64,000 bases of DNA from an uncultured Chloroflexia bacterium (GCA_963765765.1 CAVXYC010000032.1:192001-256000); one strand, 5' to 3'; counted from the stretch's first letter, positions 9,975-20,620 are shown. Notes: generated by a model from the letters alone, not told the origin. Made by a program: numbers and translations.

Positions 9975-11318
9975 CTAGCCCCCGGTGCGGTCGGTCTTCA
10001 CGGCCGTGGCGAGAGTATGGTCGATCCTAGCCCGGTGCCAGTCCTCGAGTGACTCCACCCAGTCAGCTTCCTTTGGAAGAATAGCCGCGCAGGATCGGAC
10101 TCGGAACACGCCGGGGTCATCAACTCCGGGAGGCGTCGCCCCGTGGTCGCGGAGTGCCTTGGCCGCGTTGAGTAGCCGTCGACGGACGCGAATGATCATG
10201 CTGTCCGCTGTGCCGAGCCGTTCCCTCGTCCGATCGGTCACGGCCCCCATGCTCTCCGTGACGGCCACATCCTGGAGAGGAATGCGCGGGATGCCCGTGA
10301 ACGTTTTCGTTTTCTGGACGTCACGGTCCAGTCCGTAATCGTTAGAGGCGTTCAGCGCCGAGTAGCTATTGGGATACGGCTTGCCAAATTGTGTTGGCAG
10401 CATCTCGCCGTGTCCATTGTTTGGATACCAGAGCTCGTTGATTTCCGACTTCGTTGAGTAGCCCTTGAGCTCATCCTCCGTATAGGGCTCCGTGGGGTTC
10501 CAGCAGAAACACCAGATCAACGTGGTGACGTCATCTATCGGAACCCAGATGTGCGCGGGTACGGTGCCTTCAGGACTGGCCGGAAACATCGTGGTGCAGG
10601 GCATCAGGAATTGCGACGTTCGCCAATAATGCGAGTCGCCCGGCTCATCGCGGCGCGACCCGTACATGACCCCGTAGTCGGTATCCAGAACAAAGAGTCG
10701 CGGTGCCTTGTCCTGGTGCCAGAAGCCAAACTCCTGTCCGTCGAGCGGATTTACCCGACCATGAAGGAAGTACGGATGGCTGGTATCCAGGTCACCTTCC
10801 ATGGCCTGGACAAAGTTGCACTGACGAATCGCGCGCCAGGCCCAGCGGCGCTGGTTTGCCGGCATGTCCAGAAATTCCAACTCAGGGAGCGGTGGCGGTG
10901 TCTGCCGCGGGCCCATATACGTCCAGACGGCCCCGGCACTATCGACACACGGATAGGAAGCAACGTGTACCTTGTGCTTGAAGTTGGACTCCGGCGGCTC
11001 ATTAGGCATGTCCACGCACGCACCGGTCGTATCAAACTTCCAGCCGTGGTACACGCAGCGAAGGCCCTCTTCCTCGTTTCGTCCGAAGAACAGCGAGGCA
11101 CCGCGATGAGGGCAGTTCTCCGCAACGAGGCCGGGCTGACCGTTCGTATCGCGGAAAGCCACCAGGTCTTCGCCGAGCAGTCGTACTCGCTGAGGTGCAC
11201 CGTCCGCCTCGAGCTCATCGGAGAAGAGCACCGGCAGCCAGTAGCTCCGTAGAACGTCACCCATGGGTGTCCCGTGACCCACTTGAGTGAGAAGCTCGTT
11301 ATCCTGGCGGCTCAGCAT
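9975..11318 (-). CDS. Rieske non-heme iron aromatic oxygenase (phthalate 4,5-dioxygenase/LigX-like alpha subunit)
   Basis: CPHRGASL...CVYHGW Rieske ligands; EGDLDTSHPYFLH mononuclear Fe motif; QDVAVTESMG; no reductase adjacent. Confidence 0.92.
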   Translation of the reverse strand: MLSRQDNELLTQVGHGTPMGDVLRSYWLPVLFSDELEADGAPQRVRLLGEDLVAFRDTNGQPGLVAENCPHRGASLFFGRNEEEGLRCVYHGWKFDTTGACVDMPNEPPESNFKHKVHVASYPCVDSAGAVWTYMGPRQTPPPLPELEFLDMPANQRRWAWRAIRQCNFVQAMEGDLDTSHPYFLHGRVNPLDGQEFGFWHQDKAPRLFVLDTDYGVMYGSRRDEPGDSHYWRTSQFLMPCTTMFPASPEGTVPAHIWVPIDDVTTLIWCFCWNPTEPYTEDELKGYSTKSEINELWYPNNGHGEMLPTQFGKPYPNSYSALNASNDYGLDRDVQKTKTFTGIPRIPLQDVAVTESMGAVTDRTRERLGTADSMIIRVRRRLLNAAKALRDHGATPPGVDDPGVFRVRSCAAILPKEADWVESLEDWHRARIDHTLATAVKTDRTGG

Positions 11319-12310
11319 GGTGTCCTCCGACGGGTGCCTGAACTTTGAGCATAACGTAAATGCATTTCAGAATCGCACCATCACGTACGTGGGCGCCACC
11401 GAGAAGTTGGCCGCTGTTAACTAGGCCACTTTTGGATGGCAACGATTTTTCGTCAACCTGAGCAATGCCACTAATGCAACCAGCGGCAGGCCAGGGAATG
11501 GGACGATCCAGAATGACGAGCCTGGCTGCCTGGTGGTCTCTCGGAACGCCCTCGGATAGCCGCCTCCTGAGTCGGGGCATCGGCATCGATCACAGGCATG
11601 CGTGGTCCTCGGACCGCCGGACGCGGCACTGGTCCACACTAGCATCGGATCGGGGGCTGTCAAAGGAGAGGACGTAACCGTCCCGCCCCAGGCAGCTAAG
11701 CTGGAACGTTACGGAGCGGAAGGGTTACCCGGAATGTGGTACCCACTCCTTCCATGCTCTGGAGATCAATTTGCCCCTCGTGTGCCTCAACGAGCTTCTT
11801 AACGAGGGAGAGCCCTAGACCAAGCCCTTGCAATTCCATCTCTCGAGCTTGAGGCGCCCGGTAGAATTTTTCGAACACGCGGGCCTGGACCTCTGGAGCC
11901 ATTCCAATACCGGTATCCGCCACTTCAACCCAGGCATACGATCCATCAGTGCCTCGGCGCAGCGTCACGGTACCGCCCGGATGTGTGTACCGAACCGCGT
12001 TAGAGAGTAGATTGCCGAATACACTCAAGAGCGCGTCTTCATTGCCGCAAATGAACAGCGGGGTGTCGTCCGGCTCGATTCGGATGTTTAGCTCTTCAGC
12101 ATCACCACTCAGCCTTGCCCACTCAACCGCCCGAGAAAGAATGGGGCCAAGCTCCAGCGAATCGAGGAAGATCTTTGGGGACTCGTCGCGGTTTGCCTCC
12201 ACTAAGTCTCTGCTGAGCTGCGACAGCCGCTCCATAGCCCGTCGAGCGGAGTCGAGCAGTCGTGCCGCATGGTCGGCATCACCACGCGTCAAGTAGCGGC
12301 GGGCCAATTC

Positions 12311-13547
12311 CAGGGTCTTTTCATTGTCACGTGAGTCCGGTGAGTGCCAAGATGGCGAGCGGCCTTGCGGCATAGGTGCGCAGTGCCGCCGCGATGTTGG
12401 TATGGCCGGCGCGGCGCAGGATCCCGATGGCGGTATTGCGCAGGGCGGCCACGACCTGGGGCGCATGGCCCGTGCGAATCTGGCTGCGATCTTCATCGAA
12501 GGTGACGTCGCGCACCCAATGCAAGCAGTTCTCGATGCCCCAATGGCCCCGCCAAAGGGCGGCCAGGCTGGTGGCGTCGGCCTGATCCGGGTGGAGACTC
12601 GTGAGCGCATACCCGGCTTCCCGGGTGGTCCGCCCGTGCCGCGTGACGACCCGTTCAATGGTGCAGACCTGAGCCACATGCGGCCAATCGAGGTAGTCGT
12701 TCAGGAGCGTCGATGTCCGCAGCGTGCGCTCTTCCTGCCGATCGCCGTGCCGGCCGCGCTGCACCGCCCGAGCGAACGTCACACCGGGTGGGGGCTCCAG
12801 GGTAAACAGCGCCACCAACGCTTCCAGGAGCCGGTGCCGGTTGTCTTTGACCGCCCAGAAATACGCGCCGCCCGCGGCGACCACCTGATGACTCAGGGCA
12901 CGCTGGCAAAATTGGGCGTCACCGGTGACCGTGACGCCGTGGAGGTCGAGATCGGCCAACAGCGCCTCCGCCAGGCGCAGCTCGTGCTCCTTCAGCGTCC
13001 CCCTTTTTGGCCCAGCACCTGCCCATCCCGAGGCGCGAAGGCGGCCACCAGATGCACGCCCGGGGTCTGTTCGCCGTGGATCCCGCGGAGGTGCTTGCCG
13101 TCCAGCGCCACCGCCCCCGTGGAACCGGCCCCCTGGACGCGGGCCCACTCGGCCAGAACCCGTTCGAAGGCGTCGCGGTCGAGATCGCGAAAGACCCGAA
13201 ACACCGTCGCCACGCTCGGGGTGGTGGCCCGGGTGATGCCGAACGCCCCGCGGATCTCGGCCGAGCCCTGATCCCGCCCCCACTGGGCGATCGCATACAA
13301 GCTGCGGGCCCCCGACACCATGGCGCACACGGCGAACGTCAAGATCGTCGCCACGGAGTACCGGCAGCCGCGGCGATGGCGGGGATCCGGCACCGGGGCC
13401 AAGGCTTCGAGTAACGATGGAATGGCCGCGTCCATGCGTCCCCTCCCGGAGAATTCCCCACCTCGCTCGAGGGGAGATCCCCAGCCTACGCCGGTCGACA
13501 CCCTTCCTCGTGGCCCCATCGTCACAATCGAACAACGAAAAGACCTG
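12311..13547 (-). mobile_element. ISAs1-family insertion sequence
   Basis: Ends CAGGGTCTTTTCATTGT / ACAACGAAAAGACCTG; 10-bp direct repeat GGGCCAATTC at 12301-12310 and 13548-13557. Confidence 0.93.
12327..13435 (-). CDS. ISAs1 transposase (two overlapping frames)
   Basis: PDPRHRRG, ALDGK, TGDA, VKDN, RGHWGIEN.LHWVRDVTFDED motifs; frames meet at AAAAAGGGGG. Confidence 0.9.
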
Positions 13548-14329
13548 GGGCCAATTCCACGTTGCCCTGCGCAGCGGTGATCGGCGTCCGAAGCTCGTGC
13601 GCTATGACGGTTAGCAGCTCATCCTTCTGCCGACCCAGGCGTTCCGCATCTCGGGTGTTCTGGCGCTCGCGGTTCAGCTCCTGCTCAGTATCGTGCCGGC
13701 TTTCGCGGACGCGCATCTCGAGGTGCTCCTTGACGTGCAGGCCGTAAGCGATCATCACTTCAAGCAGGAATTCCTGGGCGTCCGCTTCAAAACGCGCCCG
13801 CCGTCGAGCGGAATGTCCTGTGAGTACGCGGTCGAGACTCTCGAAGTGAAGAGACATGATGTCGTCAGGACCGCGCCCGTCCTCAATGAGGTGCTGGCTC
13901 AGCAGCGATACGCGGTGAAGTGCCTCTTCGCTATGCAACGTCAAGTAGTTGCATAGGATTTCCTCATAGACGTCCGTTGCCAGGCCCGAGACCTGGGACG
14001 GACGATCCTGTGGTTTAAGTTCCACTCCGTTACACCATTGCAGATTCATCCCAGTGAAGCCGCCCGACGCACTGGGTACTAGGTACGAGAACTCTAGCGA
14101 ACCCACGTAGGTCGAATATGAACAGAAATGCACATTCCAATAGCGGGATAGAAGTCATGTGCTGAAAATAATGGGAAACCCACACGGTCCAGAGCCGAAA
14201 TAGCGTGCACTGTTCATGGCGATTGAACGTTATGTGCCTTGCTATTGACGTGTGTATATGATGAAGGTGCGTAGCGGGATGCGGTTGCGCACAACGGCCC
14301 GGCTACCTGGGTGATCACATATCTAGTTA

Positions 14330-14722
14330 TTGACCATGACAGCTCTTCCGCGCGTGCTTGTGGTTGAAGACGATCCCGAGGTTCAGGAGTTAGTGGGTCA
14401 ACTCCTCAGCGATTCCGGTGATGACGTGCGGATATGCGGGGTCGGTACCGAGGCATGGCCCCTGTTGCGTGAGCTTCGGCCTGACGTTGTCATTCTGGAC
14501 CTGATGCTTCCCGGCATGGGCGGTCTCGAGCTGCTCGTACGCTTGCGCGCTGATCGGCTACTTGCGAAGACGCCAGTGTTGGTCTGGTCCGGTGCGCACG
14601 ACGATCTCGTACTGCTCCGCGATCGACTCCACCGACTGGGTTGTGCGACGCTCGAGAAACCCTTCGAGGTGGAATCGCTCGAGCGCGCACTACGTCTGCT
14701 GGTTTCAAGAGACAACCGCTGA
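14330..14722 (+). CDS. Single-domain response regulator
   Basis: VLVVEDD...PDVVILDLMLPGMGG...KPF; divergent from the RsbU_N kinase. Confidence 0.9.
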   Translation: MTMTALPRVLVVEDDPEVQELVGQLLSDSGDDVRICGVGTEAWPLLRELRPDVVILDLMLPGMGGLELLVRLRADRLLAKTPVLVWSGAHDDLVLLRDRLHRLGCATLEKPFEVESLERALRLLVSRDNR

Positions 14723-14870
14723 AACGTACAAAACGGAGAGGTCAAAGATGATCACGAAATGACATCTGCCCTCTCCGCTTTGCAAGACCCGGTGGCCCAT
14801 CGGGCCGCAGGATTTACGTCCCTAGGATTTGGACTTGGTTGACTGGCCGCTCCTGCCTTTCGACATCGAG

Positions 14871-15557
14871 CTAAAGACCGGCCTCCTTCTGCGTCATCTT
14901 CAACATCCAACCACGGACGTTCTCCAGGTGCTCCTGCTCGTTCTTGAGCGCGCCTTCGAACTTACTGGCCACCTCATCATGACCGAGCCCTCTGGCCAGT
15001 TGAATCAGCATTTCCCAGCCATCGTTGTCCGTCAGCTCCGCCGTTAGAAGAGCGTGGAGGCATTGTGGGACCGTTGTGCGCGGATCGGCCACGATCTGAA
15101 CGAGGCCGATTGACGCCACGCCGGTGAGGTCGGCGCACGGCGTCTCGAGCGTGGGATCTCCGCCAAGCTGTGCAATCGTCGCGCTCACGAGCTGAAAGTG
15201 CTGATACTCCTCCTGCATGATGTGCTCGATGTCCTGGATCGACGGCCCGCCGCTGGACTTGCCGTTTGCCTGCATCTTGCCCAGCATGAGCTGGTAAAGG
15301 CGCGTGCCGCTCCGCTCGAAGGCGAGCCGCTCTCCGAGCTTGTCCATAAAGATGTCCGGCGCCATCTTGCCAAGGGTCGGCGGTCGCGAACCGATCGGCT
15401 CGCGGGCCTTCAAGTACGGCATTCGCGCCGAGTCGAGATCATGCGCGGTGCCCTTTGAGCTGGGCACCGCCGAAGCCGCCGCCGAAACGGCCGCCTCGGC
15501 CTGTTCCGGAGCCGTGGCGACTCCAGTTCGATTCATGACTGCTGCGGTTGATTTCAC
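14871..15557 (-). CDS. Ferritin-like domain protein
   Basis: DKLGERLAFERSGTRLY...EEYQH...AELTDNDGWEML...EQEH diiron-type motifs; start overlaps upstream stop (GTGA). Confidence 0.85.
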   Translation of the reverse strand: MKSTAAVMNRTGVATAPEQAEAAVSAAASAVPSSKGTAHDLDSARMPYLKAREPIGSRPPTLGKMAPDIFMDKLGERLAFERSGTRLYQLMLGKMQANGKSSGGPSIQDIEHIMQEEYQHFQLVSATIAQLGGDPTLETPCADLTGVASIGLVQIVADPRTTVPQCLHALLTAELTDNDGWEMLIQLARGLGHDEVASKFEGALKNEQEHLENVRGWMLKMTQKEAGL

Positions 15558-16754
15558 CGTGTCCCTCCTCGTGTGCTGGTCGTGAGAATGGCTTCGCCGT
15601 TAAGCTCCGTTCCGGGCATCCACACGTAGCCCGCGGCCACCGTCTCGCTAGGCGAGACCTCGGAATTGAGCTGCTCGCGGTATTTCACTGATGGCCAATC
15701 CGGCTTCTCCTCGCTGGCTGGGATGAATTGCGTCCCTCGAGCACGAAGCTCAACCTCGTTCGCCAGTGTTTCCCGAACGAACGCCCGATGACTCGTGTAC
15801 TCGATAGGCGTTGGCAGTGTGGCTGGTAGGACTTCCGCCGGATCACGGCGGCCGACATCCTTGAACTGCTGCATGGCTATCTGGAGATGTCCCAGCTCGT
15901 AGTCGAGGAAACGCTCCCAGATTGCCTTCACGCGAGGGTTGGACTCAGATTCGAGACAGCTCCAGTAGTTGTAGACCTCGTTGGCTTCGTGCAGGAGCCA
16001 CTTCTCCAGCCAGCTCTCGGTTGGGTCGGCAAGACTCTCATACTGGGTGACGTGCTGCTCCTCGATGGATGCGATCTCCGCGTAGAGCTGGCGCGCCACT
16101 GGATCAGCGAAGAACGGTCCCACGGTCATGTAGTAGTCGTGGGTCTGATACTCGCCGCCGATCAGTGTCATCGTATTGAGCTTGCTGATCGGGTCCGCCG
16201 TGGTCCGATCGTAGTGCTCCCGCAAGTCGTCCTCAGGGGCACGATGCTCGACAGACGGTCGGACGCCCGGGAAGAATGTCAGTGTAGCTCTGAAGGATGT
16301 TGTTCGGGTCCTTCCCGGTCAATCGATCCATCAACGCGGAATATCGATACAGGTGATCGAAGTCTTCGAGCAGGCCAAATCGGAACGTCTGAGCCAGATA
16401 CGGATCCGGCTCGTGGAGCGCGATGCTGGCTGTTACCTCGATGGCCACCTGCTCAAAACCGATGGTGGTCTCCAGCGGCGACTGATCGGCGGGCAACAGC
16501 CAGTTGACCGTCGTCTGCTGGTGCTGCTCGGCCCGCCGCACCTCCGCCAGAGTCCTCTGGAGATCTTTGTTCATCCGTGAAGCCGCGTGTGAAAACCGCA
16601 GCGCTTCGGACTCGATGCCATTCATCAGAATGATTCGCACGCGGGTGAATGCATCGTCGTCCAGTTTGCTAATTGTCGGCTGAACCATGTCGCGCCACGT
16701 AAATCGCTGCTGTTCCAGCGGAGTGCCTTTGGTCTTCATCAAGTCCAGCGTCAC
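15554..16754 (-). CDS. Tandem ferritin-like conserved protein (frameshifted)
   Basis: RBS AGGAGG; MNGIE, EQHQ, EDFDHLYRY, EEQHVTQY, ELGH motifs; ORFs 16233..16760 and 15554..16225 join near 16250. Confidence 0.75.
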
Positions 16755-16962
16755 GAGCAACCTCCTAAATGCGTAATGTCGCCCGTGGAATGCAGGATCG
16801 AGACCAGCGCTTCCTGTGCCGCATGACCCCCGCAGCCTCTGGAGGGCTGCATTTCAGAGCAAGCGCGGTCCCGGCGAAACTTGGCCACGGGATCGGGTCG
16901 ATGTTTATAGGAGCGCCTTCGCCTGGACCGAATTGTGCGCATGCTGGCCGCGCCGCCTCAGC

Positions 16963-17101
16963 AATGACGGCGGGGCAACGGGAAAGGAGTGCAGCTTTGT
17001 TGGGTTTAGGTTGTGGCGGAGCACTACTTCTAACCATCGTCATCGCGCTGCTGGTCTATGCCATCTCGGGCGGTCAATGTACGATGATCGTCTTCCCGTA
17101 A
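16963..17101 (+). CDS. Possible single-TM microprotein
   Basis: MTAGQRERSAALLGLGCGGALLLTIVIALLVYAISGGQCTMIVFP. Confidence 0.35.
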
Positions 17102-17515
17102 TCTCGAAGCGCTCGGTCTCCGAGTTTCTGAATGCGGGCGCGCTCATCCCCATGTCGAGCGATGAGTCGGGCGGGATCACTCCGCACCCAGATGCGCTCC
17201 ACTCCACGCCATTCCACAGTGAGGGCATGCACACTGGCCAGGTCGCCTATTTCTCTGGCTCGTCGGCATTGATGCACAGCCCGGTCAACCCGTACAGCAA
17301 ACCCGTGAGGAAGCCCCCAGGTTTGCGAACATCGGCCCGGCCTGCACCTGTTCCGGAAATTTGTCGAGCCGGTATTCATTCGTCATGGCGAACGGCTCGA
17401 ACTGGAACTTGGCGAAACCTTCCTCGAACAATCTGCTCGACTCATCGCGGTCTCCAAGCCATGCGGCCCAGACGCCTAGGAGCGACGACAACATCGGCGC
17501 ACCAACGAGCTGGAG
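17074..17515 (-). pseudogene. C-terminal fragment resembling glycoside hydrolase family 65-like proteins
   Basis: GAPMLSSLLGVWAAWLGDR...EYRLDKFPEQVQAGPMFANLG..GFLTGLLYG...VERIWVR; no N-terminal part. Confidence 0.55.
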
Positions 17516-17599
17516 CCTGACCCGCCGAAGCACCGCGCCCGAGGAGCCCGTCCGCCGCCGGTCTCGCGGGCCCTGTGGCCGGAGGCGCTCGGGCACCTG

Positions 17600-17960
17600 G
17601 GATTCTAGACGAGCTCTGCGAGGTTACCGGCCGCTTCGTCGCCTATCCGTCTGCCGAGGCCCACATTGCACATGTCCTGTGGATTATCCACACCCACGGC
17701 ATGGACGCGTGGCAGTCGACCCCGCGGCTGGCAATCCTCCCGCCGAGCCCGGGTCCGGCAAGCCGCGCCCGCTTGAAGTCACCGAGCTGCTCGTTCCCGA
17801 TCCCGTCCAGGCTATCAACGTGACGCCCGCCTACCTGTTCCGGAAGGTCGGCGACGACCCCGATCACCTTCCAACGATCCTGTACGACGAGATCGATACC
17901 GTGTTCGGGCCGAAGGCGAAAGAGAACGAGGAGATCCGCGGTTTACTCAACGCCGGGTGG
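17600..17960 (+). pseudogene. Fragment of a DUF3631-type P-loop protein of phage satellites/integrative elements
   Basis: HVLWIIHTH..DAWQSTPRLAIL..PEPGSGK..LEV.ELLVP...TPAYLFRKV...TILYDEIDTVFGPKAKENEEIRGLLNAG; truncated at both ends. Confidence 0.7.
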
Positions 17961-18041
17961 AGGGCTGATCGTCGGTGCTCGGCCCGATGGTCGTCTCGTT
18001 ATGGGTGCTTTTCCCGCGATGAACACACACGGGTGCGGATG

Positions 18042-18160
18042 TGCTATACTGACCTGAGTAGCCCAGCGGACCCGCTTAACCACAACAGGCCCGCTGACTA
18101 TGGAGACCCTGGCCGTTGGACCTGTTCACAAGACAGGCCGCAAAGACCAGGGTTTTGTTA
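18042..18160 (+). ncRNA. Candidate small RNA: extended -10 promoter, hairpin, terminator-like hairpin
   Basis: TGcTATACT 18042-18050; stem CAGCGG/CCGCTG 18064-18096; stem GAGACCCTGG/CCAGGGTTTT 18103-18156 followed by a T-rich tail. Confidence 0.35.
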
Positions 18161-18206
18161 TGTCCTGCGTCGGGTCCGACCCCGGAGTCAGCGTATCGGA
18201 TGCGTC

Positions 18207-19715
18207 GGGTGTAACCAAGAGTTGTGGGTTTGGGGGCCTAGGCGGCCCGGGCATGGAGCGTGGCGTGGTGGGCCCGGAGCACGGCCAGCGATTGGCCTCC
18301 GGCGCTGGACCAGCGACAGCCGGCCGTTTCATCCGCTGCTGGACGAGGTGTTTGGCGGCCGATTCCACCGCGCCCGACCCGATGGGCAGCCCCTGAGCTC
18401 GAAACTCCGGAGACCGCATCCGCTGGCGATTGCTCTGGAAGTACCCGCGCTCCGTGGCCACCACCCGGCGGCGCCTCGGCCGTCGGCGGCACGAGCTCCC
18501 GCAGGCGCGCCAGCACCGCTGCAGCCCCGGCGCTCGACAGCCCGGCGAGGCTCACCGCGACCCAGTCCGCGGCCGCGGCGGTGCCCGCGCCGAAGACCGC
18601 CCGGGCCACGGTCCAGACATGCTCGCTGGCGTGGTACCAATCGACAATCTCCAGACGCTCGCCGAACTGCTCCGCAGCCGCCGTCCAGATCCAGCGCGCG
18701 CCGTCGCCTAGCACGACAACCGCCCGCAACCTCGCCAGCCCGGGCCCGGTGACCGGGCCATCGACGCCGAGGATGTCCAGGCCGCCCCGCCGCGCCACTT
18801 CGGCGCCCCAGCGCCCGGCGAACGGCCCCACCGGCTCGCGGGCCGCCACGTAACTCGGGGCCTCCAAGCGCTGCCGTTCCGGGGGCGCAGCCGGATCCCA
18901 GCCGCCGACCACGCCGAGTTTGACTTCGTGCCAGCCATCGTTGAAGCGCACCAGCACGCCATCGGTTTCAGCGACCAGCTGGTGCGGGGCGGCGTCCACC
19001 GGCCCGGCCGGGGCCCGCGTCCGTTCGACGGTGGCGCGGTCGGCCTGCTGAGCCTGATCGAGCGCGGCCCCGGCGGCCTCGGTCTGGGTGCGCACCGTCT
19101 CGGGACTCACGGCCAGGCCGGTCAGGTCCTCGAGCAGGTCGGCGGCCTCGGCAAACGCCGTGGCGCCCCCCAGCCGGACCAGCCAGGCGCGCAGCGGGCC
19201 GCTCAGGCGCTGGTGCGGCGCGAGGCCCAGCGTGCGGTCGGTCGGGCTCCAGCCGTGGCGGCAGGTCGGGCAGTGCGCCCACGGGCGCGACCAGCGGACC
19301 GGGCCGCAGACCGTGACCACCTGGCGGGAACGCCAGCTGTGCGTGGGCGCGGTCGTGCCGCACTCCGGACAGCGGGACCGGTCGCGCTGGAGCCCGGGAT
19401 CCAGACTGCGCTGGGTAGCCGCGATCATCCCGGCGACCAGCGTCGGGGCCACGGTGCGCAGCTCGGTCTGGACCTGGCGCTCGAGATCCGTCAGAGAGGC
19501 ATCGCGGTGGGCGCGCGCCCAAGCCGCCAAGCGGTGGGCACAGGCGGCGAGCGGTGCGACAATCGTCTCGGGAAGGTTCTCCGCGTCCATGCGACCTTCC
19601 TCGCGGCCGGGGCGTCTCACTGCCCCGGCCGCCTCGGCATGAGAATCCGCGTTCGCAGCGTAACCCATCCGCTCCGGTCTCACCACCCGCTCTTCAACAA
19701 CTTTTGGTTACACCC
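18207..19715 (-). mobile_element. ISKra4/ISLre2-type (IS256 superfamily) insertion sequence
   Basis: TIR GGGTGTAACCAAGAGTTGT / ACAACTTTTGGTTACACCC (18/19 match); flanks GATGCGTC / GATGCGCC (7/8 TSD). Confidence 0.9.
18238..19590 (-). CDS. ISKra4-type transposase (UPF0236-like, frameshifted near C-terminus)
   Basis: CPECG and CPTC zinc ribbon; ETDGV, GDGARWIW, DWYHASEH, LPIGSGAVESAAK..VQQRMKR. Confidence 0.88.
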   Translation of the reverse strand: MDAENLPETIVAPLAACAHRLAAWARAHRDASLTDLERQVQTELRTVAPTLVAGMIAATQRSLDPGLQRDRSRCPECGTTAPTHSWRSRQVVTVCGPVRWSRPWAHCPTCRHGWSPTDRTLGLAPHQRLSGPLRAWLVRLGGATAFAEAADLLEDLTGLAVSPETVRTQTEAAGAALDQAQQADRATVERTRAPAGPVDAAPHQLVAETDGVLVRFNDGWHEVKLGVVGGWDPAAPPERQRLEAPSYVAAREPVGPFAGRWGAEVARRGGLDILGVDGPVTGPGLARLRAVVVLGDGARWIWTAAAEQFGERLEIVDWYHASEHVWTVARAVFGAGTAAAADWVAVSLAGLSSAGAAAVLARLRELVPPTAEAPPGGGHGARVLPEQSPADAVSGVSSSGAAHRVGRGGIGRQTPRPAADETAGCRWSSAGGQSLAVLRAHHATLHARAA

Positions 19716-19875
19716 GATGCGCCCGATCTAGTTGACAGAAGACCGGGGTGTGTGCCACGATCCAGGTGGACCGGCCGCCACCTCGGTCCGTCCACACGGC
19801 TCCCGACTCACGTCTCCGTCGTCGGGGGGCTATCGTCTGCCCCGAATGCTATCACTGGTACCGGGAGCGCACACC

Positions 19876-20109
19876 ATGAGCATCGCCGACGACGTTGAAG
19901 CGATCATCGCGAGGTACACGGACATCGAGGTCGATCCCGGCGGCGCCAATGCCGCGATCGTCCGCTACTTGGGTACAGATGAGAGACTGGCCAGTGAGCG
20001 GCTGCTCGAGTGTGTCACTCCCCTCGAGGCTGCCGGGTTCACCGTGGGGCAGGTCGGCTTCGGTGACCCTCCAGACAATCCGCATCTCCGTGTGACCCGG
20101 CCGAGCTGA
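19876..20109 (+). CDS. Hypothetical microprotein (similar to 44635..44895)
   Basis: RBS GGGAG; MSIADDVE...LLECVTPLEAAGFTV. Confidence 0.6.
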   Translation: MSIADDVEAIIARYTDIEVDPGGANAAIVRYLGTDERLASERLLECVTPLEAAGFTVGQVGFGDPPDNPHLRVTRPS

Positions 20110-20167
20110 GCACAGGGGTTCTGACACCACCCCCACCCGTGCCGGGGCATTCTCGCGCTGCTACGCG

Positions 20168-20359
20168 CTAGCGAATCGGCTCCATCTCATCAGCGGTCAG
20201 CTTGAGATCATCCTCCATCTGAATCTGTTGACCGGGGGCTTGCGTCCCTGACTCCAGACAGTCGCAGAGCACCGAGTAACGCTGGACCACGCCACCGCCG
20301 AAGTCGCTGACACAGGTGCCGGTGTGGCCGAAGTGCTCTCCCGGCTGGGTCACACGCAC
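20168..20359 (-). CDS. Hypothetical small beta-rich (SH3/KOW-like) protein
   Basis: VRVTQPGEHFGHTG...YSVLCD...LTADEM; pattern shared with 41636..41857. Confidence 0.45.
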   Translation of the reverse strand: MRVTQPGEHFGHTGTCVSDFGGGVVQRYSVLCDCLESGTQAPGQQIQMEDDLKLTADEMEPIR

Positions 20360-20415
20360 ATGAACAGGGAGTTCGCTAAGCCAATCAGGACCTGGGCATC
20401 ACTCTATTCCTCCAC

Positions 20416-20620
20416 CTAGTTCCAGAATCGCCACCAGGGCCGCCCTGACGGCTGCATAGGGCGTGCTGGTGGCTCCTGCGGGGTGTCCCCATCCTGCTCT
20501 GTGCGTGCGGGGAGCATACGGGATGCAATGAGCTGGTGGAGCTCGGCAACTTCACGGGTCCGTGCCTGGAGCTGGCGCTCCAGGACCTCGACCACATGAG
20601 CCAACCGCTCGACCTCACCA
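20416..20620 (-). pseudogene. C-terminal coiled-coil fragment of a mobile-element DNA-binding protein
   Basis: LERQLQARTREVAELHQLI...RPWWRFW terminus typical of HTH-coiled-coil proteins; N-terminus missing. Confidence 0.5.

Larger units (their letters stand above)
11696..14049 (-). pseudogene. RsbU_N-domain sensor histidine kinase interrupted by ISAs1
   Basis: N-half has RsbU_N-like YEEILCNYL...FLLEVMIAYG and H-box AHELRTP; C-half has N box NLLSNAVRY, G1 DTGIG, F box, GLGLGL; removing the IS and one TSD restores ...GNVELARRY... in frame. Confidence 0.9.
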
